Source: Bdellovibrionales bacterium (GTDB lineage Bacteria; Bdellovibrionota; Bdellovibrionia; Bdellovibrionales; UBA1609). Taken from it: DNA of 64,000 nt. A program made the translations under genes and the position numbers. The stretch spans positions 18,336-82,335 of the forward strand of contig DAHVQG010000012.1 of the NCBI GenBank assembly GCA_027317865.1. Direction: 5' to 3'. Positions 29,208 to 38,829 of the stretch are shown one piece after another. How positions within the stretch are numbered: position 1 is the stretch's first letter; each line of letters opens with the position of its first letter. The notes under the pieces were generated by a model. That model saw only the letters and a program-made list of their open reading frames with translations. It did no database searches and was not told the origin of the DNA.

Positions 29208-31544
29208 ATGCGGAACGTGCAAGAACCGTTTTTTAAAAAAACCGATCGCGTCCTTCTGGTGCTCTGCCTGCTCGGTCTGCTTTTAACCGGAGCCATTTTA
29301 AATTCTGAAAAGCTTTTTTATGTTTTGTTCGGCAATGGGCACAATTCCGCCACAACGGCGCAAATCGGCCTAATCACCTTTTACAGCAACGACACCCGTT
29401 ATAAATCTTTTGGGAGTTTGGCTTGGCAAAAAGCCGCCCCGCACGAAACCATCCACATCGGCGACAGCGTTTTTACTTCGGCGAATTCCACCGCGACGGT
29501 CAAACTGAACAACGCAAACAACGTTACTCTTGGGCAAAACTCGATGGTTACGTTTGAATCGCTCAATAACATCGAAGTTCCAAATTTTGCGGTCGGCAAT
29601 TTTCAACTTAAAGTCAACGGCGGCATGACGGTGTCAATTGCGGGGCACGTGCGCGAGTTGCAAGGTACTAACGGCGAAGTACAAATTTATATCCGAAAGG
29701 GCCGCCCGGTTATTAGAAAACTAAAGGGTCATATACTCATTGGCGATCATAACGGATTTCAAAATCTCAACACGCTCGCCATTCGAAGCCGGGTCCCAGC
29801 AAGCGAAAACGAGGACGCCATTCTTGAACTCTCGACGACCCCTGAAGTACACGTATGGCAAGTCTCTGATCTTTTTGCGCCGACCAATGGATCACCGTCG
29901 GGTGCCTATTCCGCAACTGCCGCGGCTCAAACGCTCGCCATCGGGTCGCCGATTCGATTGCGCACAACTCCGCGCGCGTGGGTGAACCTTATGACGAACG
30001 TAAATTGGCTTCTTGTTGGGTCGCCAAAAAAAGTTTACGGCGAGCTTTCTGAAAATCAGAACTTTACAGTGATCAAAGACGATTTTTCGGCAAACGCAGA
30101 CGATTTACACGCTCAATTTCACGTTGCTCACATTGGCGAAAATTATGTTCATCTTTCCGTCGATCACAAAAAATGGTCGGCCACTCAGTCGTTTCTCGTC
30201 AATGCCCGGTATCTTAACGAATCACCAAAGGTGAATGCATCAGGCCGGCATATTTATTTGTTTGGCCCATCCGCCGAAACCACTCTGACTTTTAGAGCTC
30301 CGCAACCGTCGACCAATAAACCGTTTCGTTCGTTTATTGTTGAAATGACAAAAGGGCCTCGTTTCTCACCGGCTCAGACTCGCGCGCTTTGGATCGCCGC
30401 TACAAGTTCAGGTACCGCCGAGCTTCGCTTTTACGTTCATCATCCCGGAATTTATTTTTTTCGCGCTCACGGCGTAAACGGTGATCAGCAACTTTCAGCG
30501 CCGTCAAACGTCGTCACTTTGATCGTGGAGCGTCCGGGTCTGCCCGCCGCGCCAATCCTGTCATCCAATGAAATTCGCATGAGCGCCGGTCAGTCTCGAA
30601 TAGTGAGTTGGGCGCCGGTTAAATCCGCCAGTCGTTACCGAATCAACCTCGTAAACGCGGTAAACGGACAAACCCATACAATCACACTCAATCAGCCGGA
30701 TTTGCGACTGGCACCTAAAGAACCTGGAATTTATAATTTAAAAATTGCCTCAGTCGACCGCTTTGGACGGCCATCATCAAATCAGGCAAACGTCCGATTA
30801 ATAGTCTCGCCGCAACCTTTAGTCGTTCAACAACTCGCTCAGCGTGCGCCTGCTTCAATAAATTCAATGTCCATGTCGTACGAACCGGGCTACGGCCAAT
30901 ATCGCAACGAAAATGTTTTTCGCTCTTACATCGATGCTGAAGCGGGCGAACTCACCATGTATTCACGCGATTTAGCCGCCGTTAGCGGCCAGGTACCGAC
31001 ATCCACCGTGCTCGGCGTTCATTGGCTCAATTGGTTTGGCACCAACGGATTTGGCGGCGACGCATTTTTAAAAGTTGCGAGCATTGCTCAGCCGGCCGGT
31101 TCATCAACGGGCAATAACGTTTCGCCTGTCGACGTCAGCGTTCGTTACGAACGCCGATGGCGGCCGACAATCAATTTATTTAGTTTCTTTAGCCCCATTC
31201 AACTAGCGCTCAACACGGGCATCGAAGTGTACAAAAACGAAACGACTGGCGGATATTACTCCCCCGGTTATACGCTCGCGGAACTCGGCGGTTCGATTGC
31301 TATACCTTTATTTGCAAAATGGGCCACTGGCGGCGATTTGATTTACGGTCAAAATTTCGATTCAACAACCATGTACGAAGGCAATTTATTCGCCGATTAT
31401 TTTTATCAAAAAAATTGGTCGCTCGGATTTGGTTATCGTATTAGACTGATGCAGGCTGGTTCAACTTCTGAGGCTCCTACAACAACGCTCCCTTATCGCG
31501 AAGGAGCGAGCGAGGCCTACTCGGTGCTCAAATGGTATTACTAA
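29208..31544 (+). CDS. FecR-domain protein with FN3/Ig-like domains and putative C-terminal beta-barrel
   Basis: N-terminal TM; GDSVFTSANSTA.V......LGQNS (FecR); SWAPVKSASRY...PGIYNLKIASVD (FN3); terminal YSVLKWYY. Confidence 0.7.
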   Translation: MRNVQEPFFKKTDRVLLVLCLLGLLLTGAILNSEKLFYVLFGNGHNSATTAQIGLITFYSNDTRYKSFGSLAWQKAAPHETIHIGDSVFTSANSTATVKLNNANNVTLGQNSMVTFESLNNIEVPNFAVGNFQLKVNGGMTVSIAGHVRELQGTNGEVQIYIRKGRPVIRKLKGHILIGDHNGFQNLNTLAIRSRVPASENEDAILELSTTPEVHVWQVSDLFAPTNGSPSGAYSATAAAQTLAIGSPIRLRTTPRAWVNLMTNVNWLLVGSPKKVYGELSENQNFTVIKDDFSANADDLHAQFHVAHIGENYVHLSVDHKKWSATQSFLVNARYLNESPKVNASGRHIYLFGPSAETTLTFRAPQPSTNKPFRSFIVEMTKGPRFSPAQTRALWIAATSSGTAELRFYVHHPGIYFFRAHGVNGDQQLSAPSNVVTLIVERPGLPAAPILSSNEIRMSAGQSRIVSWAPVKSASRYRINLVNAVNGQTHTITLNQPDLRLAPKEPGIYNLKIASVDRFGRPSSNQANVRLIVSPQPLVVQQLAQRAPASINSMSMSYEPGYGQYRNENVFRSYIDAEAGELTMYSRDLAAVSGQVPTSTVLGVHWLNWFGTNGFGGDAFLKVASIAQPAGSSTGNNVSPVDVSVRYERRWRPTINLFSFFSPIQLALNTGIEVYKNETTGGYYSPGYTLAELGGSIAIPLFAKWATGGDLIYGQNFDSTTMYEGNLFADYFYQKNWSLGFGYRIRLMQAGSTSEAPTTTLPYREGASEAYSVLKWYY

Positions 31545-33340
31545 AAAATTTATCTATCCGCTGGAAGCTCAGTCTTGCCCTCATCGTGTCAGGTCTCACA
31601 CTCGTCTTGGCCTACGTTTATGTCGCTAAAAATGTTTTTGAGTCGGATAAAATTTCGTACGTGTTTGAAACGCAAAACTCGAGTGTTGAGTCGCTTAAAC
31701 AAAACTTTACTGCACGATTTGAACACGTGCTCCAAAGCATGGAGTTTGTGACGGCAACCTACGACCCGGCAATCGGCAAACCGACGGCCATCGGCATGGG
31801 AATTTTTAAATCCGAAAACGCCCTTGATGCCCTCGAACTTGTGAACGATCGAACCAAGCAAATTGTATTTAAACTAGAAAAGACTCCAGGCGATATCGCA
31901 GTTGGGGCGCAAAGCCAAATAAATGGCAATGAAACCAGTACGGCGGCTAGCCACACTCCCCGTCCGATGCTCGCAATCAAGCCGCTTCAGCACCATAAAA
32001 TTCTCGTTAGTGAGCGCGTGTCGTCACCGAATCAACAGCATCTTCGCGTCAACGCCATTGTTGATTTACAAAAGCTTTTGCCGCCCATCAGCCCTACTCA
32101 CACCATAGCTCTTACTCAAAACGGCAAGTTATTTTACAAAATCGACTTTCGCGGCATCCCCTTGCCGACTTTTCAAACCATGGCCAAACACATTCGCAAT
32201 TTGAAACTCGACACCACGTCGTTTTTTAAATCCGAAGGTAATGTTTATTTGGCATCGGCCGTTCCGCTGGGTATCGGCGGGTTGCAGGTTTTTGAACTTA
32301 CACCTGAAAAAGAAGCGTTCGGCGCCCTGAATACGCTGTTTAACCGTTCGCTTGTTTTTCTTTTCTTTTCTTTTTTTGCGCTCGTGATAATTTCGCTTAT
32401 TCTTTCTCGTAGTCTTACTTGGCGCTTGGGCAGCCTTACTACCGCCGCTGACCAAATCGGCCAAGGCAAATTCGATGTCGAAGAAAGCGACAATTCACGC
32501 GACGAAGTGGGCATTCTCACCCAAGCATTTGTCAAAATGTCTAAAGAGATTAAGCGGCTTCTCAGCGAAACGCGAGAAAAAGCCCGGATGGAAGAAGAGC
32601 TTAAAACCGCAAAGCTTGTGCAAGAACGTCTTTTACCGGAAAAGCCCACTAACATTGTGAATGAAATTGAAATCAGCGGAACCGTGATTACGTCGAGCGA
32701 ATGTGGAGGCGATTGGTGGTATTATTTTGTCAAAGGCGATTCACTTTATGTCGCCGTCGCCGATGCCACCGGGCACGGAACGCCCGCCGCGCTTATTACA
32801 GCTGCCGCGCGGGCCGTATTTTCACGTCTTGAAACTGAGCCACTGACGCTTGCTGAAATGGCCATTGCGTGGGACCACGCCATTTCGAGCTGTTCAGGTA
32901 AACAAGTTTTGATGACCGGGCTTCTTTTGAAAGTCGACACAAAGACCGGCGAAGGCGCCGCAATAAACTGTTCGCACGAATTGCCTATGCTATTTCATCC
33001 GAATGATTCGGGAGTCGATTTTACGTCACTCGAAATCCCCGCGTGCGGCAGGCTCGGAGACGGCCTTAAGGAATTTATTCTTGAAGAACCGTTTCAGCTC
33101 GAAAGAGGCGACTACCTGCTGATCTATACCGACGGTTTATGGGCAATAGAGAATTCAAAGGGCCAGACTCTAAGTGACCGCCGTTTCGCCAAAAATATTA
33201 GGGCGCGTCTTGACGCCGATTTTTCTGCACCAAAAGCCATTAATCTGGTGGTCGATACATTCAATAACTTTCGCGCCGATGGGCCCATCCCCGACGACTT
33301 TTCAGCGGTCGTAATTCGGCGCGTGAGCGCATCAAATTGA
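31532..33340 (+). CDS. Membrane-bound HAMP + SpoIIE/PP2C family phosphatase
   Basis: Two TMs; RDEVGILTQAF HAMP; EEELKTA..VQ..LLP, CGGDWW, VADATGHG, YTDGL, DD.SAV. Confidence 0.92.
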   Translation: MVLLKNLSIRWKLSLALIVSGLTLVLAYVYVAKNVFESDKISYVFETQNSSVESLKQNFTARFEHVLQSMEFVTATYDPAIGKPTAIGMGIFKSENALDALELVNDRTKQIVFKLEKTPGDIAVGAQSQINGNETSTAASHTPRPMLAIKPLQHHKILVSERVSSPNQQHLRVNAIVDLQKLLPPISPTHTIALTQNGKLFYKIDFRGIPLPTFQTMAKHIRNLKLDTTSFFKSEGNVYLASAVPLGIGGLQVFELTPEKEAFGALNTLFNRSLVFLFFSFFALVIISLILSRSLTWRLGSLTTAADQIGQGKFDVEESDNSRDEVGILTQAFVKMSKEIKRLLSETREKARMEEELKTAKLVQERLLPEKPTNIVNEIEISGTVITSSECGGDWWYYFVKGDSLYVAVADATGHGTPAALITAAARAVFSRLETEPLTLAEMAIAWDHAISSCSGKQVLMTGLLLKVDTKTGEGAAINCSHELPMLFHPNDSGVDFTSLEIPACGRLGDGLKEFILEEPFQLERGDYLLIYTDGLWAIENSKGQTLSDRRFAKNIRARLDADFSAPKAINLVVDTFNNFRADGPIPDDFSAVVIRRVSASN

Positions 33341-33396
33341 GAAACTCGCATTCAGCAAACTGTAGCCCTTTAATTACTCTTTACTCCTTACTGACT

Positions 33397-33423
33397 TAAG
33401 TCCTGACGGGGCTACGCCGATAT
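33397..33423 (+). promoter_or_regulatory. sigma28-type promoter
   Basis: TAAG-N15-GCCGATAT, 6 nt before ATG 33430. Confidence 0.6.
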
Positions 33424-33429
33424 AGAACT

Positions 33430-33717
33430 ATGCGCCGGACAAAAGTTTTAATTTCATCAATTGCGCTCGCGTTAGCTATCTGCGGTTGCAGCAAGCAAAT
33501 TCAAAACTTCGTGGGTACGGGCAACAGCAATCAACCATCCACAAGCCCCTCCAACCCGCAGACAAGTAACCCAATTCCAATGAAAATTTCGCCGGGTGCA
33601 AACATTCTAACGGGCACCCAAGTAGATACACAATTTGCGATCACCCCGACCGAGCAAACGCTTACCGGCACACAGGTCGCAACGACTTTTAGTTTTTACC
33701 AAAACAGGCCGCAATAA
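33430..33717 (+). CDS. Small lipoprotein with duplicated LTGTQV.T.F strand
   Basis: Lipobox ICGC-SK; LTGTQVDTQF / LTGTQVATTF. Confidence 0.7.
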   Translation: MRRTKVLISSIALALAICGCSKQIQNFVGTGNSNQPSTSPSNPQTSNPIPMKISPGANILTGTQVDTQFAITPTEQTLTGTQVATTFSFYQNRPQ

Positions 33718-33751
33718 AAAACGGGCCGGTACGTTGAGACGACCAGCCCGT
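33716..33751 (-). terminator. Intrinsic terminator for the His/Met-rich gene
   Basis: Minus strand ACGGGCTGGT...ACCGGCCCGT followed by a T-run. Confidence 0.65.
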
Positions 33752-33789
33752 AAAATCTAAATTTTAATTATTAACCCGTTATTAACAGA

Positions 33790-34344
33790 TCAACCGTGAT
33801 GTTCGTGCATTTCGTGATGTTCGTGCATCATATTGTGGTGCATTTGCATCATATGACGATGCTCCATCATTTCATGATGCATGTGGTGCATGCGATCGTG
33901 ATAGAGGTCATGGTGATCTTTTCGTACATCCATGTAATCTTTGTGAAGATCTTTGCGCGCGCCACGAAGGGTCCCTAGCGATGATTTCAAATTTTCTCTG
34001 TCTTCGGCAAGTTGAGATTTGCTGGCATGGTGCCGGCGATCCATCATCAATTTTCTTCGGGCCATTCTGACGCCTTTCAGATCCTTCACTAATTTCGCAT
34101 GATCGGCGTGCATATCTCGGATGTCTTTTTTCAAATCTTTGCGATCCTTGGCTATATCTGACGCATGACTTGAAGGTGTTGCAGGAGTAGCGGCTGTGCC
34201 GTTTCCGCCCGGTGTGGCAGGTGTGGCCGCGCTACCCGATTGTGCCAGTGCAAAACCGCCCACAAGAAACGCGGCGCAGATCATCGCGCCAAAAACTGAT
34301 CGTACTGTTGTTTTCGAAGTTACTTTACTTATAACTTTTTTCAT
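33790..34344 (-). CDS. Secreted helical His/Met-rich protein
   Basis: Signal peptide ending ALA; AATPATP x2; heptad DRKDLKKD repeats; His/Met tail. Confidence 0.8.
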   Translation of the reverse strand: MKKVISKVTSKTTVRSVFGAMICAAFLVGGFALAQSGSAATPATPGGNGTAATPATPSSHASDIAKDRKDLKKDIRDMHADHAKLVKDLKGVRMARRKLMMDRRHHASKSQLAEDRENLKSSLGTLRGARKDLHKDYMDVRKDHHDLYHDRMHHMHHEMMEHRHMMQMHHNMMHEHHEMHEHHG

Positions 34345-34485
34345 AAAAGTCCTTTCTGAGCTCCGATGTTAAACTATTTGTCTAATAAACATGAGCTTAC
34401 GTTATGTTCAGAATATGGTAGCGATCTTTACGAAAAAGACAATAGCCATGTTGACCGGCCCAAAACTGTTCCATACCCTTTTAAA

Positions 34486-35541
34486 ATGCCAAACAATAAA
34501 ATTCGACCTTCTTCATTTTCTATTGCCCTAGCTGCGACCCTCCTGGCCCTTATGTGTCAAACACCCAGGGTTCTCGCGGCTAACGCTAACAATACCAATA
34601 CGACCGGCGATAACGCCACAAACAGTCAATTGCTCGAAGACTTTCTACCCGGCAATTCGCCAGGAGCAAACCATACCAGCCAAGCATCGTCTTCACGGCA
34701 TAAATCCAAACCGCGTACGAACTCTCCTGACAGCGTTAACTTCAACTACTCGCTCGACAACGAGCATGACACGGACGCGCACCTCGGCGGCGATGTGTAT
34801 TTTGGCTCCAATACTCATTTCGGCATTTACGGCGAATCCTCAACAGAATCGGCAACATCTACAGGAACCGGCTCCTCGATGACCACCAAAACCTATGGTG
34901 TGACGCTCGGGACAAACTGGCGCAAACCTTTTTCAGTGGCCGTCTCACTCACTTCTTACGGGATCAAAGGTGATCTAACCGAGAACACGGTAAAAGTTCC
35001 GCTGAATTACAACCTTAATCGAAATTGGTCTTTTACGCTAAAGCCCGGAGCGGGTGCCATCCGGTTTGACGTTTATAATCCGCTTACCGGAAAGACAACT
35101 AACCCGGTGATCATCGACCAATCTATCGGGGGCGCTATTAATTATACGCTCGGCAATTGGCAATTCTACCTTTATGCCGAAGTACATGCTTTTAGCCGAA
35201 ATCCAAAGGGTATCGGTAGCGGCAATCTTCGTCTTCATATTAAACCCTCAACGACACTCAAAAATTTGGCCAGTGAGATTGTGCGAAACGCGCAAACTGC
35301 AAGCGCCATGTATTATTTCAACCGATTCGACTTGGGAGTTGAATTCGATCGAAGTCAGTCGGCCCTTGATAACAGTATTTCAAACACATGGACCCTCAAC
35401 AACGACATTTACTGCACACGGCGTCTCACTATTTCGCCTTCTTTTGCGGCGACCACCACACCCGGAACAAACGTTTCAACTGGCCAACCTTACCCTGACA
35501 CATATACTGGAACGGTGGGGATGACTTATACCTTCGATTGA
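34486..35541 (+). CDS. Putative outer-membrane beta-barrel protein (start re-assigned to ATG 34486)
   Basis: Signal peptide ending VLA; alternating strands; terminal VGMTYTFD. Confidence 0.65.
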   Translation: MPNNKIRPSSFSIALAATLLALMCQTPRVLAANANNTNTTGDNATNSQLLEDFLPGNSPGANHTSQASSSRHKSKPRTNSPDSVNFNYSLDNEHDTDAHLGGDVYFGSNTHFGIYGESSTESATSTGTGSSMTTKTYGVTLGTNWRKPFSVAVSLTSYGIKGDLTENTVKVPLNYNLNRNWSFTLKPGAGAIRFDVYNPLTGKTTNPVIIDQSIGGAINYTLGNWQFYLYAEVHAFSRNPKGIGSGNLRLHIKPSTTLKNLASEIVRNAQTASAMYYFNRFDLGVEFDRSQSALDNSISNTWTLNNDIYCTRRLTISPSFAATTTPGTNVSTGQPYPDTYTGTVGMTYTFD

Positions 35542-38252
35542 GCGTCTTCGGGGCGCTCACGACTTGCAACGTCCAACGGTTTTTCGGTAAACGGCAATTC
35601 AATTGTAAAACAAGCGCCGCCTTCAGGGCGATTATGCACACGAACGCGGCCATTGTGAATTTCGGCGATATTCTTAACTATTGATAGCCCCAAACCCACT
35701 CCACCAGGTGGCGTACCCGGAGCGCGAAAGAATTTTTCAAAAACTTTGCCGAGCAAATTTTCAGGAATTCCCGGGCCGTTATCTTCAACTGAAATATCAA
35801 CCATCTGGCCTTTTCGTTGCGCTGAAACCAAAATAGGCGTACCGGGTGGGCTGTATGTCGCCGCATTCAATAAGAGGTTTGTGAGCGCGTGCTCCATCAA
35901 TTTAAAATCCATTCGCACAAGCGGTAAATCGTCCGGCATCTTTACTGTTATACTGTGCTGACTCAAACTCTTTTCAAGTTTTTTCAGCGTGACGCTAACG
36001 ACGTCGTGAAGGTCCTGCCACTGAAGATCGAGCGCCATGGCTCCGCTGCCAAGCCGGCTCATGTCCAAAAGATTCTCAATGACACGATTCAAACGGTAAC
36101 CCGAATCGAGAAGCTGGCGAGCCAGCTCACGCACGTACGACGGATTTTTCGAATTCGCATCATCATCAAGCGCCGATGCCGTACCCAAAATTGCGGTAAG
36201 CGGCGTTCGCATTTCGTGCGAAATAGAACTCAACAGCGTTTGATGTATTTTTTCAGACTCCTTTAAACGATCGGCTTCGCGAATACGTTTTTCAAAGAAG
36301 TGTCGCTCGAGCGAAATCGCAAGTTGGGTCGCGATCGAGTGAAGCATGTTTTCTTGCTCCAAACTCAATTTTCGCCGGCTTTTTGGTTGATAAACAATAA
36401 CCCCAACATTGCGGTCCGGAGCTTTAAGCGGAACATAAAGTGCCTTTGCTTCAGACAACGTTTCAGTTGACCAACCCGCTTTTCGGCCAGAGTTAAACGC
36501 CCACGAAGCGACCGCTTGTTCCTTTTCAGACAAATGCGGTTGTGGCGAATACGGCTTAAATTCGTCCGTCATCAATTGACCGTCAGCCGACGCTACAATG
36601 ATCGAACACGCCCCATCAAGCAGGCGGCCGACACGCGCGTTGATTTTTGACAAAAATTCGTCTTTGTTGCGGCTACCGGCGATATCTTGCGAAATTTCAA
36701 ATAGCGTATTCGTGCGATCTTCGCGCTCACGCAAAATACGTTCGTGCGAACGGATGCGGCTGGTGAGAAAACCGGTTACAACCGCCGAAATAAGGTAAAT
36801 TAAAATTAATATCGCATCGGCCGGCTCTTTAATAGTAAGCACGAACTTCGGCGGAATGAAAAAATAATCCCAGATAAACGCGCTGAGAACTGCAACGAAA
36901 AGTGTCGGGCCGATCGTCGAAAATAACCCCACCCCCAAAACACCGAGAAGAAATATAAAACCGACAGCCAAATAACCAATGAGAGAACTGAGTAGTCCAC
37001 AGGTGATCGAAAGGCCTGCTAAAAACAAAAAGATGTTCCAGTAAGTGATTGGCTTCGTGAAATGTTCGATCTTCGTTAAAAACGGCGGCCGGTATTTCGG
37101 TTTTCCGTCTTGACGAATAACGTGTACGTCGACTTCGACACTTTCTCGCACCAATCGATCGAGGAGGGTACCGCCTTCGAGCACATCCCAAACCCATCTT
37201 TTCGCCGGTCGCCCCACCACGATCTGCGTGACGTTTTTTTGCCGCGCTATTCGCCGAAGTGCTGTCGGGACATCCGTATCTGTGGTCGTTATGACTTCGG
37301 CATTCAATTCTCGCGCCAGTTCGATATTTTTTACCAACTGCGCCTGATCTTCATCGCTCAAGGTAATTCCGGTGTCGATGTGAACTGCGACCCAAGGAGC
37401 CTCTAAATTGTACGCGAGTCTTCGTGTCGCTCGAATCAGCTTTTCAGAATACGGGCTGTGGCTAACCGCGACCATGAGTCGTTCATTGGTCTGCCAGGGC
37501 CCCGAGGTTTGGCGCAGGTCCGGAAACTGTTGCAATTCTTGATCGACCCGCTCAGCAGTTACGCGAAGAGCGATTTCACGAAGTGCTGTAAGACTATCGG
37601 GTTTGAAAAAATGCCGAGCCGCCTGTTCGGCCTTTTCGCCGAGGTAAACCTTGCCTTCTTTGAGCCGCCGCAACAATTGCGCGGGCGTAATATCGATCAG
37701 TTCAATTTGCGTCGCTCGCTCAAGAATCGAATCAGGAACGGTTTCACGAATGGCAACGCCCGTGATTTGTTCCACAAGGTCTTTGCGACTTTCTAAGTGC
37801 TGAACATTAACTGTCGTATAAACTTCAATGCCTGCGGCAAGAAGTTCAAGTACATCTTGATATCGTTTTTGATGGCGCGAACCGGGCGCATTCGTGTGCG
37901 CGAGTTCATCCACAAGTACCAACTGAGGTTTGCGCGCAATAATGGCGTCAAGGTCCATTTCTTTTATCGCAACGCCCTTGTACATGATTTCTTTTCTTGG
38001 AATGAGCGGCAATAATTCGGCAAGGGCCATTGTCTCGGAGCGCCCGTGCGTTTCAACGACGCCGATGACGACATCCGCACCATCGCGGGCTCGCTCAAGA
38101 GCGGCGCGAAGCATGGCATAGGTCTTACCGACACCAGCCGACATACCTAGAAAAATTCGCAGAGGCGAGACAGTCGCCTTCTGTTCTTCTTCGCTGATAG
38201 CTTGAAGGAGTGCGTCCGGGTCTGGCCGGCCGTCTTCTCTAGTTGGGCTCAT
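35526..38252 (-). CDS. kdpD: Sensor histidine kinase KdpD
   Basis: GMSAGVGKTYAML, LVDELAHTN, USP domain, 4 TM, GAF, SHEMRTPL, GLGLSI. Confidence 0.97.
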   Translation of the reverse strand: MSPTREDGRPDPDALLQAISEEEQKATVSPLRIFLGMSAGVGKTYAMLRAALERARDGADVVIGVVETHGRSETMALAELLPLIPRKEIMYKGVAIKEMDLDAIIARKPQLVLVDELAHTNAPGSRHQKRYQDVLELLAAGIEVYTTVNVQHLESRKDLVEQITGVAIRETVPDSILERATQIELIDITPAQLLRRLKEGKVYLGEKAEQAARHFFKPDSLTALREIALRVTAERVDQELQQFPDLRQTSGPWQTNERLMVAVSHSPYSEKLIRATRRLAYNLEAPWVAVHIDTGITLSDEDQAQLVKNIELARELNAEVITTTDTDVPTALRRIARQKNVTQIVVGRPAKRWVWDVLEGGTLLDRLVRESVEVDVHVIRQDGKPKYRPPFLTKIEHFTKPITYWNIFLFLAGLSITCGLLSSLIGYLAVGFIFLLGVLGVGLFSTIGPTLFVAVLSAFIWDYFFIPPKFVLTIKEPADAILILIYLISAVVTGFLTSRIRSHERILREREDRTNTLFEISQDIAGSRNKDEFLSKINARVGRLLDGACSIIVASADGQLMTDEFKPYSPQPHLSEKEQAVASWAFNSGRKAGWSTETLSEAKALYVPLKAPDRNVGVIVYQPKSRRKLSLEQENMLHSIATQLAISLERHFFEKRIREADRLKESEKIHQTLLSSISHEMRTPLTAILGTASALDDDANSKNPSYVRELARQLLDSGYRLNRVIENLLDMSRLGSGAMALDLQWQDLHDVVSVTLKKLEKSLSQHSITVKMPDDLPLVRMDFKLMEHALTNLLLNAATYSPPGTPILVSAQRKGQMVDISVEDNGPGIPENLLGKVFEKFFRAPGTPPGGVGLGLSIVKNIAEIHNGRVRVHNRPEGGACFTIELPFTEKPLDVASRERPEDAQSKV

Positions 38253-38262
38253 TTAAATCTTT

Positions 38263-38829
38263 TCAGCGTTTAATTTTATCAAGGGCTAAGTTCAACTCCA
38301 ATACATTCACTCGCGGTTCACCCAAAACTTGCCACTGGCGCGGCTTGATGAATTTTTTCACCAGAGCCAGCACCTTATTGGAATCCAATCCGCGGGCTTT
38401 GGCAACTCGAGGCACCTGATACAGTGCCGCGCTCGGGCTGATATCAGGGTCAAGACCGCTCCCCGACGCAAACAAAAGATCTTGTGGAGGTTCGCCAACC
38501 ATCCCCGGGTCGGCATTCATCAGCCGTTTCTTTCGCTCTTCATAAGTTTTTTTAAGTACCGCGCTCGTCGGGCCCAAATTTGAACCGCCTGATGGTAGCG
38601 GATTATACTCCACTGCCGACGGCCGCGGCCAAAAATATTTAGAATTCTTAAAATTCTGCGCCACGAGCTTTGAGCCGATGAGCTGGCCCGCTTTATTGTA
38701 AACAAGACTACCTTCAACTTTTTGCGCGAAAAAGAAATTCCCGATTTCAGTAATGACAAACGGATACACACCGCCGGTGAGGATGGTCATAAAAATAAGC
38801 ATCTTTAGTGCCGGACCAAATTGTTTCAT
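38263..38829 (-). CDS. kdpC: K+-transporting ATPase subunit C
   Basis: YFWPRPSA, SGGSNLGP, ASGSGLDPDIS, GEPRVNVLELN. Confidence 0.97.
   Translation of the reverse strand: MKQFGPALKMLIFMTILTGGVYPFVITEIGNFFFAQKVEGSLVYNKAGQLIGSKLVAQNFKNSKYFWPRPSAVEYNPLPSGGSNLGPTSAVLKKTYEERKKRLMNADPGMVGEPPQDLLFASGSGLDPDISPSAALYQVPRVAKARGLDSNKVLALVKKFIKPRQWQVLGEPRVNVLELNLALDKIKR

Noticed and set aside
33796-33920. CAT/GTG-rich repeats as CRISPR or satellite DNA
   Set aside because: They are the His/Met codons of 33790..34344; there is no repeat-spacer structure. No CRISPR array was seen anywhere in the window.
5607-35541. Integrated element or prophage starting at tRNA-Pro
   Set aside because: No integrase, transposase, att repeat, capsid or terminase. 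The fibre gene has a signal peptide and looks like a host adhesin.
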